Assembly (NCBI RefSeq): GCF_000284115.1
Contig: NC_017080.1
Span: 2,910,001-2,942,000, forward strand
DNA from: Phycisphaera mikurensis NBRC 102666
GTDB taxonomy: Bacteria; Planctomycetota; Phycisphaerae; Phycisphaerales; Phycisphaeraceae
Direction: 5' to 3'
DNA: 32,000 nt
Shown here: positions 24,731-30,638 of the stretch, piece by piece
How positions within the stretch are numbered: position 1 is the stretch's first letter
How the letters are laid out: each line of letters opens with the position of its first letter
Notes under the pieces: model-generated
The model's input: only the letters and a program-made list of their open reading frames with translations
Database searches by the model: none
Told to the model about the DNA's origin: nothing
Made by a program: the position numbers and the translations under genes

Positions 24731-26221
24731 CTAGTCCACCTCGTCCCGCAGCTCGTCGCAGCGAGCCCGCAGCGTCGCCAGGGTCTCCGCGTGGCCGGCC
24801 ACCCCCGCGAGGTTGTTCCGCTGGTTGGGGTCGGCGAAGTTGTCGAACAGCTCCTCTTGCAGCGGATCGGTCCCGGTGTACCGCGTGTAGGTGAACCTCG
24901 GCGTGCGCACGCCGATCGTCCGCGGGATCGAGCCGCCCTGGCCGTAAGGGTGGTCGTAGAAGACATCCTCGCGCCAAGCCGGGGGCGTGCCGTCGAAGAG
25001 CGGGCGCAGGTCCGCACCGGTCATCTCGGCGGGCCGATCGAGCCCGGCGTAGGCGAGCAGCGTGACCGAAAAGTCGGTCGTGATCACCGGCAGCGTGGTC
25101 TTCCGGCCGCCCGCGTCCACCGGGCGGCGCGGGTCGTGGACGAAGCCGGGCACGCGGAGCGAGGGCTCGTACATCAGCCACGCCTCGGCGAGGCCGTGCT
25201 CGGAGAAGAAGTGGCCGCTGTCGGAGGTGAACATCGTGACGGTTCGGTCGGCGACACCGGCTCCGCCGAGTGCCGCCACCACGCGGCCCACGCCCCGGTC
25301 CATGCTGGAGACGAGGCGGAAGTAGTCGCGCTGATGCCGATCCAGGGCGCCGTCTCTGCGGAGCCGCATCATCCCGGTCCCGCGGCCCAGAGAGGCCTTC
25401 ACCGCGGGCGGCACGCGGCCGGCGGCGTCCAGCGTTGCCGCCGGCGGCCGCGGCATCGCGAGGCCGTCGGTGACGCCCGCGACGGCGGGGGCGAAGTCGC
25501 CGAAGGGCGCGTGCGGGCTTTTGAAGAACAGGAACAGCGCGAAGGGCTTCGCCGGATCGCGGCCGGCAAGGAAGCGCCCGACCTGCATCGGGATCACCTC
25601 CGCGTCCGTGTGGATCGGATCCCTCAGGTTCGCGACGCCGATGCGGTTGCGGAAGCCCGGCTTCCCGCGAGCATCCGCGGGGCAGTCGCACAGGTCGTCG
25701 AGCGGGCGACGGAAGCCGTCGAACCGCACGTACCGGCAGTCGGGCTCGTGGAAGTAGCACGTCTGCATCGGCTGGCCCGCCCAGTAGTCGAAGACCTCCG
25801 CGGCGGCGTGCGTCTGCTCGGGCGAGTCGCCGATGCCCCACTTGCCGAAGAAAGCCGTCTGATAGCCGGCGGCCTGGAGACGCCCGGGCACCGTCGCCCG
25901 CAGCCGCGGGCCGTCGAACGCCTCGAAGAAGCCGTGGATGCCGTGACGGCCCGGGTACTGCCCGGCCATCAGGTTCGCCCGGTTCACGGCGCAGATCGAC
26001 GTGTTGACGTAGCAGTTCTCGAGGATCAACGCTTCACGCGCGAGCGCGTCGAGGTGCGGCGTCGAGACCGCGTGGTTCCCGCTGTAGCCCACCGCGTCGG
26101 ACCGCTGGCCGTCGGTGAAGATCAGGACGAGGTTGGGGCGGTGCTCCCCGGCGGGCGCGGCGGACGCCGGGAGCAGGAGGAGCAGAGCGAGGAGCAACAG
26201 CGGGAGTCGGCAACGCTTCAT
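24731..26221 (-). CDS. Secreted S1-family (formylglycine-dependent) sulfatase with a non-canonical C-A-V-N-R active-site motif
   Basis: 496-aa ORF. Signal peptide MKRCRLPLLLLALLLLLPASAAPA. PNLVLIFTDGQRSD. TSICAVNRANLMAGQYPGRHG aligns with the sulfatase signature CxPxRxxLLTGxYP. Confidence 0.92.
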   Translation of the reverse strand: MKRCRLPLLLLALLLLLPASAAPAGEHRPNLVLIFTDGQRSDAVGYSGNHAVSTPHLDALAREALILENCYVNTSICAVNRANLMAGQYPGRHGIHGFFEAFDGPRLRATVPGRLQAAGYQTAFFGKWGIGDSPEQTHAAAEVFDYWAGQPMQTCYFHEPDCRYVRFDGFRRPLDDLCDCPADARGKPGFRNRIGVANLRDPIHTDAEVIPMQVGRFLAGRDPAKPFALFLFFKSPHAPFGDFAPAVAGVTDGLAMPRPPAATLDAAGRVPPAVKASLGRGTGMMRLRRDGALDRHQRDYFRLVSSMDRGVGRVVAALGGAGVADRTVTMFTSDSGHFFSEHGLAEAWLMYEPSLRVPGFVHDPRRPVDAGGRKTTLPVITTDFSVTLLAYAGLDRPAEMTGADLRPLFDGTPPAWREDVFYDHPYGQGGSIPRTIGVRTPRFTYTRYTGTDPLQEELFDNFADPNQRNNLAGVAGHAETLATLRARCDELRDEVD

Positions 26222-26235
26222 GATGCGGGCACGGG

Positions 26236-26297
26236 CAGCGGGAGCCGGACGCCAGGTTCACGCTCCCGGTAAGGTCTAAACCAGGCAGCTCCCGCTG
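26236..26297. promoter_or_regulatory. Divergent sulfatase/regulator control region: 10-bp inverted repeat flanking an AT-richer core
   Basis: CAGCGGGAGC (26236-26245) and GCTCCCGCTG (26288-26297) are exact reverse complements. A third GCTCCC lies at 26262. The core ggtaaGGTctaaACCagg (26269-26285) has GntR-like GT..AC symmetry. Confidence 0.35.
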
Positions 26298-26360
26298 GTT
26301 GCGGGTCGAGCGTACCGCCCGGGCCCGCTCCGGGCGGGCCGCCTCTTCCCGGGACCGCCG

Positions 26361-27494
26361 ATGGCCGAAGACGCCTCCCCCGCCGCGACGCCCCGCGGCA
26401 CGCCGCGGACGCCGAAGTACCAGGTCATCCGCGACCGGCTCATGGAACAGATCCGCTCCGGGACGCTGTCGCCCGGCTGCCGGCTGCCCACCGAGCGGGA
26501 GCTCGCGGACCGCTTCGGCGTCACGCGGATGACGGTGCGTCAGGCGATCACGACGCTCGTGCAATCGGGCATGGTCGTGAACCGCCGCCCGCTGGGCAAC
26601 TTCGTCGCCGAGAGCCTCTGCGGTGTCGCGAGCCGCCGCGTCGTCAACCTCGTGTGCGTCGGCTCCGGATCCGAAGACGCCGGCGTCTTCCTCGAGCACG
26701 GCGTCGCGGCGGCGAGGTCCCGCGGCATCGAGGCTCGCGTTCTGCAGGCCCACGCCGGCGTCGAGCACCTCGCCGTCGCCACCGTCCGCGGGCCCGATCC
26801 GACCGTGCTCATCGGCGGGCCGGGCGGAGCCCACCGCGAGTTGCACCGGGCGGTTCACACCGCGGCCGATCGGGTGGTGGTGGTCGGCGTCCGCATGGAT
26901 CACGCCGGCATCGCCTCGGTCGTCGGCGACGACGCGCTGGGCATCCGCCTCGCGGTCGGGCACCTGCACGGCAAGGGCCACGAGCGGATCGCGCTGGTCG
27001 GATCCACCCCCGAGGACGACCACCCGACGATGGAGCTGCAGGTCGAGCTGTGGCGGCAGGCCATGGACGAGCTGGGCCTCGCCCGCGGCACCCCGGACAG
27101 GCACGTCATCCGGCTCGAGCCCGTGCCGGCGGGCGGGACCGCGATGGCGTCGAAGCTCGCGGTCGAGGCGTACCACCGGCGCCGCCGCGTGCGGGCCACC
27201 GCGTACATCGGCCTCTCCGCGGAGACCGGGGTGGGCGTGCTCGCGGCGCTGCACGGCTCCGGCGTGCGGGTGCCCCGCGACGCGTCGGTCGTCGGCTACG
27301 CGACCCACCTCCGCGCGTCGCTGTGCGTGCCGCCGCTGACCGGCATCGACGTCGACGTCGGCGGGCACCTGGCCGCCGCGTTGGACCGCGTCGAGCGGAT
27401 GCTCTCCGCGGAAGAGGGTGCCCCTGTGCTCCCGCTGCTCCAGGTCGTTCCGCCCTTCCTCATCGAGCGCGGGAGCGTCGGACCGAGGCGCTGA
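26361..27494 (+). CDS. Transcriptional regulator with a GntR-type N-terminal wHTH fused to a LacI/PBP-type sugar-binding domain (AraR-like architecture)
   Basis: KYQVIRDRLMEQIRSGTLSPGCRLPTERELADRFGVTRMTVRQAITTLVQSG is a GntR wHTH. The C-terminal ~270 aa look like a LacI-family effector domain (IALVG..., VPRDASVVGY). Confidence 0.85.
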   Translation: MAEDASPAATPRGTPRTPKYQVIRDRLMEQIRSGTLSPGCRLPTERELADRFGVTRMTVRQAITTLVQSGMVVNRRPLGNFVAESLCGVASRRVVNLVCVGSGSEDAGVFLEHGVAAARSRGIEARVLQAHAGVEHLAVATVRGPDPTVLIGGPGGAHRELHRAVHTAADRVVVVGVRMDHAGIASVVGDDALGIRLAVGHLHGKGHERIALVGSTPEDDHPTMELQVELWRQAMDELGLARGTPDRHVIRLEPVPAGGTAMASKLAVEAYHRRRRVRATAYIGLSAETGVGVLAALHGSGVRVPRDASVVGYATHLRASLCVPPLTGIDVDVGGHLAAALDRVERMLSAEEGAPVLPLLQVVPPFLIERGSVGPRR

Positions 27495-27762
27495 GACCGA
27501 TCCCGCGCCCGGCGTTTCCGCAGCCGAAAGCAGCAAAGCGAGGCGGTCGGCCCGGTCCCCCGGCGGCCGGCCGCACGCGGAGGGGCCGTCGCTTCGCTCT
27601 CGCGGAGCGGTGGCGGCTTCCCCTCCGACCTCTTGAGGTGCGCGGTGCGTACGGTCGCCTCCGGTCCCGCGGACGTGGGCGGGGCCGCGGCGGCCGCGGC
27701 GGCTCCCGGTTCCTCGACGCGGCGGTGCAAGACTTCGGCAGCCGGAACCAGACACGCACCCG

Positions 27763-28731
27763 ATGACCCGCTCGCTCACCACAACGATCCTCGTGGCGGT
27801 CGGCCTCTTCGCGGCGGTGGCCGGGCGGGCGGAGGCTCCGGGCCCGCCGCGGGGCATGGTGCTCGTCCCCGGCGGCACCTTCGCGATGGGCACCGACGAC
27901 CCGCGGGGGATGCCCAACGAGCGGCCGGCCCGGGAGGTGGCGGTCGACGCTTTCTTCCTCGATCGGGCGCCGGTCACCAACGCGGAGTTCGCCGCCTTCG
28001 TCGAAGCCACCGGTTACGTCACCGAGGCCGAGCGGCCGGTCGACTGGGAGGTCCTCAAGACGCAGGTGCCCCCCGGCACGCCCGCCCCGCCGCCGGAGAT
28101 GCTCCTGCCCGGCTCGTTGGTGTTCACCCCGCCGCCGCCGGGCTCGGGCCCCGTGGACCTGCGCGACCTCTCGCGCTGGTGGAGCTGGACGGCCGGCGCG
28201 AGCTGGCGGCACCCCGACGGGCCCGGAAGCGACCTGGACGGCCGCGGCGACCACCCCGTCGTGCAGGTGAGCTTCCACGACGCCGAGGCGTACGCGGCCT
28301 GGGCGGGCAAGCGGCTGCCGACCGAGGCGGAGTGGGAGTTCGCCGCCCGCGGCGGCAGCGACACCCGCTTCTTCTGGGGGGAGCAGTTCCGGCCGGGCGG
28401 CCGCTTCATGGCGAACACGTTCACCGGGAGCTTCCCGCTGAACAACACCGCAGCCGATCGGTTCGCGGATCGTTCGCCGGTCGGCAGCTTCCCCGCCAAC
28501 GGCTACGGGCTGGTCGACATGGCCGGCAACGTGTGGCAGTGGACGAGCAGCTTCTACGGCGCGGGCGGACGCGTGGACCGGTCGCAGCGGGTCATCAAGG
28601 GCGGCTCGTACCTCTGCCACGCGGACTACTGCGAGAGCTACCGCCCGCCGGCGCGGCGGCCGCTGACGCCGGACACGGGCAGCGGCCACGTCGGCTTCCG
28701 CTGCGCATGGGATCCGCCTCCGGAAGATTGA
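27763..28731 (+). CDS. Formylglycine-generating enzyme (FGE/SUMF1 family) with an N-terminal signal peptide
   Basis: MVLVPGGTFAMGTD; VTNAEFAAFVEATGYVTEAE; LPTEAEWEFAARGG; GNVWQWTSS; IKGGSYLCHADYCESYRPPARR (paired catalytic Cys region). Signal peptide MTRSLTTTILVAVGLFAAVAGRAEA. Confidence 0.92.
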   Translation: MTRSLTTTILVAVGLFAAVAGRAEAPGPPRGMVLVPGGTFAMGTDDPRGMPNERPAREVAVDAFFLDRAPVTNAEFAAFVEATGYVTEAERPVDWEVLKTQVPPGTPAPPPEMLLPGSLVFTPPPPGSGPVDLRDLSRWWSWTAGASWRHPDGPGSDLDGRGDHPVVQVSFHDAEAYAAWAGKRLPTEAEWEFAARGGSDTRFFWGEQFRPGGRFMANTFTGSFPLNNTAADRFADRSPVGSFPANGYGLVDMAGNVWQWTSSFYGAGGRVDRSQRVIKGGSYLCHADYCESYRPPARRPLTPDTGSGHVGFRCAWDPPPED

Positions 28732-28772
28732 CGCCCACGCCCACGCCCACGCCCACGCCCAAGCCCAAGCCC
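28731..28772. repeat. Hexanucleotide microsatellite (ACGCCC)5(AAGCCC)2, starting at the last base of the FGE stop codon
   Basis: Read directly from the sequence. The minus strand reads (GGGCTT)2(GGGCGT)5, i.e. seven GGG tracts with 3-nt loops. Confidence 0.9.
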
Positions 28773-28820
28773 GCCGCGGACCGCAGGACTTCCGGGGCCG
28801 CGTGGGCGACGGTCCGCGGC
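28773..28820. terminator. 11-bp inverted repeat between the convergent FGE and metXW genes (candidate bidirectional terminator / REP-like element)
   Basis: GCCGCGGACCG (28773-28783) and CGGTCCGCGGC (28810-28820) are exact reverse complements with a 26-nt loop. The first arm shares the 14-mer GCCGCGGACCGCAG with 1494-1507. Confidence 0.35.
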
Positions 28821-28842
28821 ACGGGCTTCGGATCGCCACCGC

Positions 28843-30621
28843 TTAGCGCCGGCTGATCTCCAGGATCGCCGTGTCGGCGTTGAGGTTCGGGTCGTCCGTC
28901 GCCGCCACGTCGACGCCGCGCGTCGTGTCGAGGTACAGCGCGCGGTGCACGCGGATGCCCATCTCCGCGAGCAGCTCCTCGACGTCGCGGATGGAAGGGA
29001 AGCGGCGGTTGGGGGTGTCGGCCCAGTGGTGGTCGTAGGCCCCGCCCCCGCTCTTGGACAGAGGCGAGCGGCCGTTGCGGAGGAAGTCGTCGCGTAGCTC
29101 GCGGAAGGCGAAGTTCGCGAAGGACAGCAGCACGCGCCGGCCGACGCGGGTCATCTCCGCGAGCAGCTGGCGGGTGTTGCGGACGGCCTGGAGCGTGACG
29201 TTCAGCACGACCACGTCGTACTGCCCGTCGGCGTAGCCGGGCAGCCCCAGGTTCAGGTCGTGGTCGACCACGTCGACGCCGTGCTCGACGGCCTCGAAGA
29301 GCAGCCGCTGGCCGACCTCGACGCCGGCGAGCGTGCGGTCGGGGTTGCGGCGGCCGAGCTCCAGCAGCAAGCGGCCGTCGCCGCAGCCCAGGTCCAGCAC
29401 CGAGGCGTCCCGCGGGATCATCTCCAGCAGCCGCCGGTCCGCGTCGCGGAGCGGCTCCACGCCCTCGGCCCGCGGCTCGCGGAGGAAGGCGTTCACCAGC
29501 GGGCCGTACACCGCGATCTCCGCGTCGAGCAAGAAGCCGTCGTGGCCGGCGTCGCTGGTGATCTCCGTGTACGTGACGGGCCGGCCCAGCCGCGTGAGCG
29601 TGTCGACGATCTGCCGGCTCTGCGCCGGCCGGAAGAGCCAATCCGTGGAGAAGCTCGCGAACAGCCAGTGGCACGTCGCGGGCTCGAGCTTCGCCCGCCG
29701 CTCCGCCTCGGTGCGGCCGAGGTCGAAGAGGTCCATGGCGACGGTGATCGCGGCGTAGCTGTTCGCGTCGAAACGCTGCGTGAACTTCTGGCCCTGGTGG
29801 GCGAGGTAGCTGCCCACCGAGAACTTCTTCTCGAAGGCGGTGCGGATGTCGCGCGGCTCGTGGCGGTCGGGGTCGAACTTCGCGTCCATCGACTCCGGCG
29901 AGAGGTAGGTGATGTGCCCGACCATCCGCGCGATCGCGAGGCCGTTCTCGGGGCCGCCGCCGGCCTCGTACCGCCCGCTCGCGAAGGCCGGGTCGCTCTG
30001 GATCGCGTTGCGGGCGACGACGTCGAAGGCGAGCGCCTGGGCGCTCATCCGCGGCGAGGTCGCGATGCCCACGCAGCGCTCGACGCGGCCGGGATGCGTG
30101 ATCGCCCAGGTCATCGCCTGGTGCCCGCCCAGCGAGCCGCCGACCACGGCGCGGAGCTTCCCGACCCCGAGGCCGTCGAGCAGGCGGCGCTGCGCCTCGA
30201 CCATGTCGGCGATCGTCACGACCGGGAAGTCGGGTCCGTAGACGCGGCCGGTCCGCGGGTCGACGCTCGCCGGCCCGGTGGTGCCGCGGCAGCCGCCGAG
30301 CACGTTGGAGCACACGACGTACCACCGCGTGGTGTCGATGCCGTACGCGGACCCCGGTCCGATCAGCCCGTCCCACCAGCCGGCCGCGTCGTCGTCGCCG
30401 TGCCGCGCCGCGTGGCTGTCCCCGGTGAGCGCGTGGCACACCAGCACCGCGTTGGAGCCGTCGGGAGCGAGCTCGCCCCAGGTCTCGTAAGCGACCTCCA
30501 GCACCGGAAGCTCGCCGCCGAGCGCCAGCGACAGCGGCTCCTCGGACCGCCAGAGGCGACGGTGCGACGAGGCTTCCGCGCCTCGGAGGTCATCGGAGCT
30601 GGTCGGGAGGTCGGCACCCAT
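28843..30621 (-). CDS. metX: Homoserine O-acyltransferase MetX fused in frame to MetW (592 aa)
   Basis: Start at MGADLPTS (ATG at 30621) within ORF 28843..30894. MetX part: LVCHALTGDSH, nucleophile elbow GGSLGGHQA, DAGHDGFL. MetW part from about aa 392: VLDLGCGDGRLL, HGVDVVDHDLN, LQAVRNTRQLLAEMTRVGRR, FANF, TPNRRF. There is no stop codon between the two domains. Confidence 0.9.
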   Translation of the reverse strand: MGADLPTSSDDLRGAEASSHRRLWRSEEPLSLALGGELPVLEVAYETWGELAPDGSNAVLVCHALTGDSHAARHGDDDAAGWWDGLIGPGSAYGIDTTRWYVVCSNVLGGCRGTTGPASVDPRTGRVYGPDFPVVTIADMVEAQRRLLDGLGVGKLRAVVGGSLGGHQAMTWAITHPGRVERCVGIATSPRMSAQALAFDVVARNAIQSDPAFASGRYEAGGGPENGLAIARMVGHITYLSPESMDAKFDPDRHEPRDIRTAFEKKFSVGSYLAHQGQKFTQRFDANSYAAITVAMDLFDLGRTEAERRAKLEPATCHWLFASFSTDWLFRPAQSRQIVDTLTRLGRPVTYTEITSDAGHDGFLLDAEIAVYGPLVNAFLREPRAEGVEPLRDADRRLLEMIPRDASVLDLGCGDGRLLLELGRRNPDRTLAGVEVGQRLLFEAVEHGVDVVDHDLNLGLPGYADGQYDVVVLNVTLQAVRNTRQLLAEMTRVGRRVLLSFANFAFRELRDDFLRNGRSPLSKSGGGAYDHHWADTPNRRFPSIRDVEELLAEMGIRVHRALYLDTTRGVDVAATDDPNLNADTAILEISRR

Positions 30622-30638
30622 GGAGCCGCGCACCTTAA

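Noticed and set aside
24301-25017. ORFs in the trpB/sulfatase spacer: 238-aa minus-strand ORF (internal MSHLVARQVALRLLLFVHG...) and 24532..24894 on the plus strand (internal ATG 24619 with a ggaggg SD-like sequence).
   Set aside because: Both are extremely Arg-rich, and both overlap the 3' ends of well-supported genes. Second-codon-position GC is atypically high for real genes here. I treat the region as non-coding structured DNA.
28731-28772. Tandem repeats considered as a possible CRISPR array (also 23009-23041, 21049-21072 and 15320-15367).
   Set aside because: The units are 3-9 bp and directly abutting, with no spacers. These are microsatellites, not CRISPR repeats.
26034-28839. Minus-strand ORFs 26034..28010 (658 aa) and 27460..28839 (459 aa), including the WAWAWAWAWAWA stretch.
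   Set aside because: They are antisense to the regulator and FGE genes. The WA repeat is simply the hexanucleotide microsatellite read in another frame.
28595-30439. 614-aa minus-strand ORF overlapping metXW in another frame, and the plus-strand ORF 29260..31035.
   Set aside because: The MetX/MetW motifs are all in the 28843..30621 frame. The alternative frames give Arg/Pro-rich sequence.
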